A stretch of 64,000 nt of DNA, taken from Bacteroidota bacterium. Its GTDB lineage: Bacteria; Bacteroidota; Bacteroidia; Chitinophagales; Chitinophagaceae. The stretch lies in the NCBI GenBank assembly GCA_013285915.1, contig JABDGS010000001.1:24394-88393 (forward strand). Reading direction: 5' to 3'. Of the stretch, positions 16,778-24,885 are shown piece by piece. Position numbers and translations under genes: made by a program. Below the pieces are notes generated by a model. It was not told where the DNA came from and did not search any database. It was given only the letters and a program-made list of their open reading frames with translations. Positions within the stretch are counted from its first letter, which is position 1; each line of letters begins with the position of its first letter.

Positions 16778-18409
16778 TTATTCTTCCTTCAAAAACGCAT
16801 ACCTGTAATCAACAGGTGGGTTAAATGTTTCTTTAACAGTTCTTGCGCTAAGCCAGCGGTAAAGGTTTATCATGCTGCCTGCTTTGTCATTGGTGCCGCT
16901 TCCTCTAGCTCCACCAAATGGCTGCTGGCCTACAACGGCGCCGGTTGGTTTATCGTTTATATAAAAGTTACCCGCAGCATTGCGCAGCCTGTTTGTAGCC
17001 TGTAAAACAGCCGTCCTATCCTGCGCAATGATAGAGCCTGTTAAGGCATAAGGAGAGGTACTGTCAACCAAATCCATCACTTCCTCAAATTTGTCGACAT
17101 CATACACAAATATTGTAAGTACAGGCCCGAATATTTCCTCGCACAGTGTTACATATTTGGGGTCTTTGGCTTCAATAACTGTAGGCTCAATAAAATAGCC
17201 TTCGCTTTTATCGTAATTGCCCCCAACCAATATACTTGCTTTCTTATCTTTTTTTGCATTGGCTATGTAACTGCTGATCTTATCAAAACTTTTTTCGTCA
17301 ATTACTGCATTAATAAAGTTGCTGAAATCTTCCACACTGCCCATTTTCATGGTCTTTATTTCGGCAACAAGTTTTTGCTTTATTTCATCGGCCAGGTTTG
17401 AGGGCAGGTAGGCCCTTGATGCGGCAGAACATTTTTGGCCCTGGAACTCAAATGCACCCCTTGCAAGCGCTGCAACCGTTGCATCAGCATCGGCGCTTTT
17501 GTGCACCAGCACAAAATCTTTACCACCCGTTTCACCCACAATACGCGGATAGGTACGGTAATTGTGAATATTGTTACCTATTGTTTTCCAAATTTGATTG
17601 AACACACCTGTTGAGCCGGTAAAGTGTATACCGGCAAAATCACGGTGATTAAAACAAACATCGCCCAGCACAGGGCCATCCACATAAATAAGATTTATAA
17701 CACCGTCTGGCAGGCCGGCTTCTTTTAAAATACGCATAAACATTTGCGCGCTATAAATTTGGGTGTGCGCCGGTTTCCAAACAACCACGTTGCCGCACAT
17801 TGCAGCACTGGTAGGCAGGTTACCGCCAATAGCCGTAAAATTGAAAGGCGTTATAGCCAGTACAAAACCTTCCAGCGGGCGCCATTCGGTACGGTTGTGC
17901 ATACCGGGTGATGATATTGGCTGCTGCTTATATATCTCGCTTAAAAAGTGTACGTTAAACCGTAAAAAATCAATCAGCTCACAGGCGCTGTCAATCTCAG
18001 CCTGGTAAGCATTTTTACTCTGCCCCAGCATAGTGGTGGCGTTCATGTGGCTGCGGTATTTTGCAGCCATCAAATCTGCCGTTTTTAAAAATATATGTGC
18101 GCGCTCTTCCCATGGCATGGCAGCCCAGGCATCTTTGGCTTTAAGCGCGGCATCAATAGCCTGTTTTACATGTTTTTCCTCCCCTGCATGAAAGAACCCC
18201 AGTGTATGCGCAATTTCATGTGGCGGGTGTATAGCACCTTTGCTACCTGTTTTAACCGCTTTGCCTCCGATATACATGGGGATATCCAGTGTTTTCTTTT
18301 TTAATTCGGTCAGTGTTTTCTTTAAAGCGGCTTTCTCTGCCGAACCGGCTGCGTATTGCAATACAGGCTCATTGGCAGGCAACGGGTAACTAAAGGTTCC
18401 TAAACTCAT
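16778..18409 (-). CDS. pruA: L-glutamate gamma-semialdehyde (1-pyrroline-5-carboxylate) dehydrogenase
   Basis: 543 aa in the aldehyde dehydrogenase superfamily. It has VGETGGKDF and the catalytic Cys context FEFQGQKCSAASR. Length and N-terminus are typical of single-domain PruA. Confidence 0.9.
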   Translation of the reverse strand: MSLGTFSYPLPANEPVLQYAAGSAEKAALKKTLTELKKKTLDIPMYIGGKAVKTGSKGAIHPPHEIAHTLGFFHAGEEKHVKQAIDAALKAKDAWAAMPWEERAHIFLKTADLMAAKYRSHMNATTMLGQSKNAYQAEIDSACELIDFLRFNVHFLSEIYKQQPISSPGMHNRTEWRPLEGFVLAITPFNFTAIGGNLPTSAAMCGNVVVWKPAHTQIYSAQMFMRILKEAGLPDGVINLIYVDGPVLGDVCFNHRDFAGIHFTGSTGVFNQIWKTIGNNIHNYRTYPRIVGETGGKDFVLVHKSADADATVAALARGAFEFQGQKCSAASRAYLPSNLADEIKQKLVAEIKTMKMGSVEDFSNFINAVIDEKSFDKISSYIANAKKDKKASILVGGNYDKSEGYFIEPTVIEAKDPKYVTLCEEIFGPVLTIFVYDVDKFEEVMDLVDSTSPYALTGSIIAQDRTAVLQATNRLRNAAGNFYINDKPTGAVVGQQPFGGARGSGTNDKAGSMINLYRWLSARTVKETFNPPVDYRYAFLKEE

Positions 18410-18736
18410 ATCTAAGTTTTTTAGTGTATAAGAGGCGCAAAATTACGGAAAGTTGGGGAAGTGGGCTAATGCCTGTGAAGATGCGGGCGTTTATTATAAG
18501 AGAGTATAAAAAAAGGTGTTTTTCCCGTTAAAAAGGCAGCCCGACTATAGTATGTTTGTGTTGCAAGCATGACTAACCCCGCATTTAAAGCCCGCAAATA
18601 ATAACATATAACAGGGCATAATGGCTCTTAAAAAGAATTATGCTTGCGAGATTAAAATTTATTCTGGTTATCTTCTCTTTCTGGATTTTAGTTAGTATAT
18701 TTCTAAAACTCTTAACTATCAAAAAAACAATTAATT

Positions 18737-19168
18737 ATGACGTATCAAAACTCACTTTTTTTTGCAGGCGGCAGATTGCTGCAAACTGTAGCAACACCAG
18801 GTACAAAAGGCCTAAAAGTTGTGCAAAATGGTTTAACCGGCGCTTGGGATATTACTGTCACAGTAAGTATTTTGCCCGTCGAATTCCAAGGAATAATAAA
18901 AAAATATTCAGACTTTCCGCTGGATGCTACAGAGGATTTTGGAAAAAAGTACCCAAACCAAGTTTATTTTGAAATTTTTGATAATGCTGGCAGCCCGACA
19001 GATGTTGCACTGATCCCAGGAAAGTTTTCACTTTTTATGGACAAACAATTGGCAGGCGGTGCAACAGGCGCTATTCAGCTTACTTTGGTTCCGGCAGCAA
19101 TGGGCAAAACTGATAACAGTAAAACCGATAACGTAATCGTGGCAGTGGAACAAGCCGCTCAGCAGTAA
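18737..19168 (+). CDS. Hypothetical 143-aa protein, no recognisable family
   Basis: ORF preceded by an AT-rich region and followed by a strong bidirectional hairpin. It has no signal peptide. It is convergent with the C11-like gene. Confidence 0.5.
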   Translation: MTYQNSLFFAGGRLLQTVATPGTKGLKVVQNGLTGAWDITVTVSILPVEFQGIIKKYSDFPLDATEDFGKKYPNQVYFEIFDNAGSPTDVALIPGKFSLFMDKQLAGGATGAIQLTLVPAAMGKTDNSKTDNVIVAVEQAAQQ

Positions 19169-19214
19169 TGTTTTAGAAGCAAGCAGCTAATTTTTTTCAG
19201 TAACGGCTTACAAT

Positions 19215-19254
19215 AAAACAGGGATATACAATACGTATTGTACATCCCTGTTTT
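19215..19254. terminator. Bidirectional rho-independent-type terminator between convergent genes
   Basis: aaaacagggatatacaatacgtattgtacatccctgtttt forms a long near-perfect stem flanked by an A-run and a T-run. Confidence 0.65.
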
Positions 19255-19277
19255 ATTTATCTCTGTGTTTTTGGTGG

Positions 19278-20876
19278 TTATGCAATTATTGGTGACCCCC
19301 ACGAAGCAAAATCACTGAAAAACTGCACGAAGCCCGGCGTATCTGTTACAAAAGAAGGCTGCCATACCGGTGACTTCTGATTTAATATATCCATCAGCAA
19401 ATCGCAGTTTTGCATTATTTCAGGAAACCAAAAACCTATGCCTTTGTTATTTTCATACTTAAATTCAGTTGCGCAATCAATATAGTAGTAACCTGAATCG
19501 GAGTTATAAAATTTATCCCCAAAATACACCTGGCTATCAACCTGCGCCAATATATTATTTAACTGCATGCACTTATTGTACACATCATCAATTTCCTGGC
19601 TTGTGTTTTTATAGCCTAATTGTTTAATCATTGAAGGCAGGTATTTTGTAAGCACATACAAATCGACAATCATTACAGAGGGAAGGCAGTAAGAATTATA
19701 TTTCAGTAATTGCCTCTGCACGACGCTAAGGCAAATATATAGCTGTTGTTTAACCGCCTGGTTTGACAAACTTGTTAAAAAAGCTGCAAACGCTTGCTGT
19801 ATTTTTTCAAATAAGGCTTTATCAAGCTGTATGGCGTTTAACTTCCAGGTGTTTATTATTTCATCCTCATAGTGCGGATGCGACCTGTGTGCTTTACCCC
19901 TTGCTATTATCCCGGTATTTGACAAGAAGAGCCCTGCAATATCGCGGTTGCTGTAATCGACGGAATTAGAGGCGTTCTGGTTATTTATTATTTGTGTAAA
20001 TACATCAACCCAATCATAAGCAGGATAGCTGATACCTGAAACGGGAGCAACAAGATAATCAACACAATCTCTAAACTCGTACTGGGTAAAAATATTCTGC
20101 ATCAAGCAATTGAACATTACCAGCAGATCAAGTTTGGCAACCCCTACGGCGCCAAGGGCGCCGGTTATGGCCCGGGCAAAAGATACATTGCTTAAAAGGT
20201 TTAGATTGTGCTTAAGAAAATATTGCTCAAGACCTTGCGATGTAAGAGCAGACAAATTGCCAAGACCGGAACAATCATCATTACCTATTGGCATACCGTC
20301 TTTATCATCTGGTGAATCATCGGTATTTTTGTCTGGGTCCTCATCTTTTTTTGGATGCATCAGCGAATACTGCAAAGGCTGCAAAAGCGGCATCATGTTA
20401 ATACCTAAAACTGATCCATGCCCGAACGTAATTACCATGCGCCTGTCAGCAGGATATGCTTCAAAAACTTGCGTTAGTACATTCTTTACGGCATCTTCAG
20501 CTACCAATGTGTCTATTGCCGGCGGTACTGTAACTTTAGCAGACGGGTTTATCCTGTCGTTTTTAACCGGGGTATCAAACTTTTCACTTACTGTAATGCT
20601 TTGAAATAAGCCCGTGGGGGTGCCATGTTTGGGCGTAAAAAAAACCCTTACCTGCACGATAATAATTTTACATCTTAAATCAAAGGGTATATCTTTAAGA
20701 GATTGGTAAAGGCTGTCGGTTTCTGTTTGTATTGAAATATATTTATTGTTTGGGTCGTTTATATGGTCACTATCATACAAAATATTATTATATATCAAAA
20801 AAACCGAAAGCCAGGTAGGCGGTGTTGGCTTAGGCGGGGTTTGATTGGGCGGGGTTGGATTGGGATTTTCCGTCAT
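19278..20876 (-). CDS. Clostripain-like (peptidase C11, clan CD) cysteine protease homologue, no signal peptide, Pro/Thr-rich N-terminus
   Basis: 532 aa. It shows the clan CD pattern of a hydrophobic strand followed by the catalytic residue: RRMVITFGHGS (His-Gly) and LDLLVMFNCLMQN (Cys), then YLVAPVSGISYPAYDW, as in C11 (...ylvaSee.ep..Gw.Y). The N-terminus WLSVFLIYNN resembles the first strand of C11 enzymes. Confidence 0.6.
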   Translation of the reverse strand: MTENPNPTPPNQTPPKPTPPTWLSVFLIYNNILYDSDHINDPNNKYISIQTETDSLYQSLKDIPFDLRCKIIIVQVRVFFTPKHGTPTGLFQSITVSEKFDTPVKNDRINPSAKVTVPPAIDTLVAEDAVKNVLTQVFEAYPADRRMVITFGHGSVLGINMMPLLQPLQYSLMHPKKDEDPDKNTDDSPDDKDGMPIGNDDCSGLGNLSALTSQGLEQYFLKHNLNLLSNVSFARAITGALGAVGVAKLDLLVMFNCLMQNIFTQYEFRDCVDYLVAPVSGISYPAYDWVDVFTQIINNQNASNSVDYSNRDIAGLFLSNTGIIARGKAHRSHPHYEDEIINTWKLNAIQLDKALFEKIQQAFAAFLTSLSNQAVKQQLYICLSVVQRQLLKYNSYCLPSVMIVDLYVLTKYLPSMIKQLGYKNTSQEIDDVYNKCMQLNNILAQVDSQVYFGDKFYNSDSGYYYIDCATEFKYENNKGIGFWFPEIMQNCDLLMDILNQKSPVWQPSFVTDTPGFVQFFSDFASWGSPIIA

Positions 20877-23800
20877 ATAGTTTTTGTTTTAGTTTGCGGG
20901 TTGTTATTTGCTTCAGCCCACGCCAGGCAAAGCCAGGCAAGGCATATAACTTTCTTTACACAAAAGCAGGGCCTCAGCAGTTACAATATAAACAAAATAA
21001 TTAAGGATTGCAATAATTTTATTTGGGTTGCCACACAAAATGGCCTGAACCGTTTTGATGGGCGGGAGTTTGTTATTTATAACAAAGATTTAGAAGCTAA
21101 AAGGGCGATACTTTCTAATGATGTTACAAGCCTTATTTACGACTCGGCAAAAAACATTATTTGGGCTATTTGCAACAATGGCGGCATAAACGGCATAAAT
21201 ACCATAACGGGCAGCGTTGAATATGCAGTGCGGTATAACAACGCCGAATTGAAAGAAGACTGGAGGGCATGCGCCACTTTTTTACAAGGGAAAATTTACA
21301 TAGGCACATCTGCCGGCGTTGATATTTTTAATACTGCTACACGAAGCTTTGAAAAACTTGACAACAGCCTGTTTTCCTTTTACCAGTTAACAGGAAAAAA
21401 TGCTGTACGTGCAATTTCCATTGACCACAATAACAATATTTGGTGTGCCGTAATGGGCAAAGGCATAGTAATTTTTAACCCGGCCAAAAGGCAGGCGCTA
21501 AAAAAAATACCTTTCTCTCAATTTATGCATCAAACCGGTAAAGATTTTTTTTGGCCCAGGTATTCTGTATTCAGCAGCAATAACAACTATTGGCTGGCAA
21601 CCCGCGCAGGCTTATTTAGAATGGCATACGACAGTGCTTACAATATTATTAACGGGGGCCTTGAGAATACACCGCTGAATGCTTTTAAAGGCCAGGAAAT
21701 TGACAATTTGTTTGCAAACACTGATGGCGAGCTTATTATACCAGGCAACACGCTTTATAAATACAGCTGCCAAACCAAAACAATGTCGCAAATATCGCCG
21801 TTAAATGCAACTGCAAATGCTTGGCTTGAAAATGCAACTTTTTGTTTTGAAGACAATGAAAAAAATATATGGTTCGGCTGCAGGCAAGGCTTAGGCTTTA
21901 TAAACCATAAACCCCCTGCCTTTTTACCCACTGCCAATAGCTCGTTTTATAATTACAAGCTTAGCCACTTATACGGCGTATGTGCTGTTAACGATACCGA
22001 CGTGCTTTCAGGAACGGTTGAAGGCTTGTTTTTGGTAACAAGGAACAGGAAAATAAAACAGCTATTAGCAAAAAGGCTTGTTCAAAATATTTTCAGGTTT
22101 AAAGACGGCGATATAATTATTTCAGGCAACAAAAGCTTGTGTATTTACACTAACGGTGTAATTGTGCCCATTGAACAAAAATACCCCGAGTTTTCGCAGT
22201 ACAAAACATGGCAATTTAACAGCAGGGTTTATATAAATAGCTCAACTATGGTAATAGGTACAGAAAATTACCAGGGCGTGCTGGTTTGGGATTTTAAAAG
22301 CCATTACATTATAAACCTGCGGCAGCCGGGTGACAAAGGCCAAAGCAAGGCAAGCGCCATAGCATCAAACATTATAAACACAGTTTTTTTTACAAAAAAT
22401 AAACAGGTTGCCATACTATCAGATTATAGTTTAACGCTGTTAAACCCATATACCCTTGAAACCAGGCCGGTAAGACTAAAATACAATGGCGAGGTTTTAA
22501 ATATTTTAATGGATATGGCAGAGACTAAAAACAATTACTGGGTTACTGTTTATGGTTTTGGCCTTGCTAAGCTTGATAAAAATTTTAACCTGCTAAAAGT
22601 TTTTAAAGTAAACGATGGGTTAAGCAGCACAAGCCTTTATAAGATATTCAACTACAACGATAGCCTTTTGGTGCTTACCAGCGATTTTGGTGTTTCAATT
22701 TTTAATACCGGCGCTGAACGTTTTTTGCGTTATTTTGATGATGACGGGTTACAGGACAATACTTTTGAAGAAGCCTGCGGGGACACATTGAACAATAACA
22801 TTTATACTGGTGGGGATAATGGGTTTGTAAAAATTAATCCCGCTGGTATTACCGCTGAAAACCATGTGCCCGAATTATATTTTACCAGGCTGCTGGTGGA
22901 AAGAGCTAACGACACCAGGCTTGATACAGGAAATCTAAATGCCAGTAAATTTATTATTCCAAATGACGCACTGCAGAGCAATATTTATTTTACGGGCCTG
23001 CATTATACCAACGCAGGCAGGGTTTATTATGAATATAAGATAAAACAAATTAAAGATGAATGGCTGAAGCTGAACACACAAAATTTTATAACGCTGGTTG
23101 GGATGCAGCCCGGCACCTACACCCTGCAGGTAAAGGCAGCCAATGAGGATGGCGTTTGGAGCCCGGTAAAAGAGCTGCAGCTTGTTTTTTTGCCCAAGTG
23201 GTACCAAACATGGCTGTTTAAGTTAGCAATTATAGCGGTTGTTGCCGGTCTGTTATATGCCCTTTACCGTTACAGGATAGAGCAAATTTTAAGGGTAGAC
23301 AGGCTTCGCCGAAAGCTAAGCAGCGACCTGCACGATGATATTGGCAGTACGCTTAACAGCGTGAACCTTTTTACCAAAATGGCGATGATGCAGCAAAACC
23401 AGGGCGAATACCTGCCGCGAATAAAAGAAGGTGTGCAAAATGCCATAACCAGTGTAAGGGATATTATATGGATAATGGACAAGGAACCCGAAACCATAGA
23501 GAGTATTTTTTCGCGTATCAATGCTTTTTCTCAACCGGTATCAGCAGTCGCCGGCAGTGCATTGCAAACAAATATTGACCCTGCAATCATTTCCTATAAA
23601 CTGCATGGCCAGGAAAAGCAAAATGTTTACCTGGTAATTAAAGAGGCTATTAATAACTGCATTAAATATGCCGGCTGTAAAAAAATAACGCTGCAGGCCA
23701 AAAAAATTAATAAGCAAATAGTGGTTTCAATTGCAGACGACGGAAAGGGCATTGATAAAGAAGATGGGGCAGTAAAAATTACAACGGGGGGCAGTGGTAA

Positions 23801-23912
23801 CGGCCTGAAAAATATGCAATTGCGCTGCGGTGAAATTAAATGGAAATTTACGCTGGATTCAGCGCCGGGTAAAGGCACATGCATTACCATTACCGGTAAA
23901 ATTAAAGAGTAA
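20763..23912 (+). CDS. Sensor histidine kinase with periplasmic two-component-regulator propeller repeats plus Y_Y_Y domain, one TM, HisKA_3-type dimerisation domain and HATPase_c
   Basis: FIWVATQNGLNRFDG-type propeller repeats. Y_Y_Y region is YYEYKIKQIKDEWLKL...GTYTLQVKAANEDGVWS. TM is WLFKLAIIAVVAGLLYALY. H-box is LSSDLHDDIGSTL and G-box is GGSGNGLKNM. The start is uncertain: ATG 20763, or in-frame TTG 20841 (gives MIGRGWIGIFRHIVFVLVCGLLFASAHA), or TTG 20901. Confidence 0.85.
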   Translation: MVTIIQNIIIYQKNRKPGRRCWLRRGLIGRGWIGIFRHIVFVLVCGLLFASAHARQSQARHITFFTQKQGLSSYNINKIIKDCNNFIWVATQNGLNRFDGREFVIYNKDLEAKRAILSNDVTSLIYDSAKNIIWAICNNGGINGINTITGSVEYAVRYNNAELKEDWRACATFLQGKIYIGTSAGVDIFNTATRSFEKLDNSLFSFYQLTGKNAVRAISIDHNNNIWCAVMGKGIVIFNPAKRQALKKIPFSQFMHQTGKDFFWPRYSVFSSNNNYWLATRAGLFRMAYDSAYNIINGGLENTPLNAFKGQEIDNLFANTDGELIIPGNTLYKYSCQTKTMSQISPLNATANAWLENATFCFEDNEKNIWFGCRQGLGFINHKPPAFLPTANSSFYNYKLSHLYGVCAVNDTDVLSGTVEGLFLVTRNRKIKQLLAKRLVQNIFRFKDGDIIISGNKSLCIYTNGVIVPIEQKYPEFSQYKTWQFNSRVYINSSTMVIGTENYQGVLVWDFKSHYIINLRQPGDKGQSKASAIASNIINTVFFTKNKQVAILSDYSLTLLNPYTLETRPVRLKYNGEVLNILMDMAETKNNYWVTVYGFGLAKLDKNFNLLKVFKVNDGLSSTSLYKIFNYNDSLLVLTSDFGVSIFNTGAERFLRYFDDDGLQDNTFEEACGDTLNNNIYTGGDNGFVKINPAGITAENHVPELYFTRLLVERANDTRLDTGNLNASKFIIPNDALQSNIYFTGLHYTNAGRVYYEYKIKQIKDEWLKLNTQNFITLVGMQPGTYTLQVKAANEDGVWSPVKELQLVFLPKWYQTWLFKLAIIAVVAGLLYALYRYRIEQILRVDRLRRKLSSDLHDDIGSTLNSVNLFTKMAMMQQNQGEYLPRIKEGVQNAITSVRDIIWIMDKEPETIESIFSRINAFSQPVSAVAGSALQTNIDPAIISYKLHGQEKQNVYLVIKEAINNCIKYAGCKKITLQAKKINKQIVVSIADDGKGIDKEDGAVKITTGGSGNGLKNMQLRCGEIKWKFTLDSAPGKGTCITITGKIKE

Positions 23913-24558
23913 CCATACCATTGCGCACTGCGTATAACGCAAGCCCAGTACGGCTTTTAGCGCCAAGCTTTTCAAACAGGGCTTCGCGGTAACCATCAAT
24001 TGTACGGGGGCTTAAAAACATTTTTTCGGCAATTTCCTTGTACGTTAATTCGGTACACGAGAACTGTAAAAATTCCCTTTCGCGGTTGCTTAATTCAACG
24101 TCATTGCCATTATCGCGCAAAATTGAATGTATCAACTTGCCTGTAATAAAGTCTGTATAATAATAGCCGTGTGTTGTTATGGCGTCCATCGCTTTCTTTA
24201 GTTCTGCGGGCTCAATATCTTTGCTTAAATATCCTTTAACACCTAATTTAAGCATGCGTATAATTGTTTCTTCTTTTTCAATCATACTAATAACAAGCAC
24301 GTTAATGCCGGGGCAATGTTTGTTAATCCAGCCAACCGTTTCAAAGCCATTTGCGCCGGGCATGTTTATATCAACCAAGGCTATATCAGGTAAATTATTG
24401 AACGATATTTTTTTTTGAAAATCCAGCCCGTTTGAAGCTTCAAACATAACGGTATATGTGTTTTCAAACATATTTATCAATGCGATAAGGCCTTTACGGA
24501 ATAACTCATGATCGTCGACAACCGCGATCTTGGTTTTAAGCTGACTTTGGGGAGACAT
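23902..24558 (-). CDS. LuxR/NarL-family response regulator
   Basis: 218 aa. The receiver domain has VVDDHELFRKG and LVDINMPGANG. The C-terminal LuxR HTH is LSNREREFLQFSCTELTYKEIAEKMFLSPRTIDGYR. Confidence 0.9.
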   Translation of the reverse strand: MSPQSQLKTKIAVVDDHELFRKGLIALINMFENTYTVMFEASNGLDFQKKISFNNLPDIALVDINMPGANGFETVGWINKHCPGINVLVISMIEKEETIIRMLKLGVKGYLSKDIEPAELKKAMDAITTHGYYYTDFITGKLIHSILRDNGNDVELSNREREFLQFSCTELTYKEIAEKMFLSPRTIDGYREALFEKLGAKSRTGLALYAVRNGMVTL

Positions 24559-24885
24559 AAAGCAATTAGGATTGCTTAAAGTTATGGATTTTTTTTGATT
24601 GATCGTGGATTTTACTAAACAAAACCGCGGAGTATTATTATTCCGTTGCCCAAAACAATGCTTGAATATAAAAATACAAATCTTTAAAGTATGTCACCGG
24701 GCGCAGGTAAGCGCAACGTCGTCCGGAGCTAATACTTTTTTTATTCAATCTAAGATGCATATAATCGTCACTAATGGCAGCAACGTGATGTTATACCCAA
24801 ATTGCAACATCCCCAACATTAACTAATTGTAACCAGCATCAAAAAAACACAGGCTTGCTGTACATTTACCCTCAATCTATACTAC

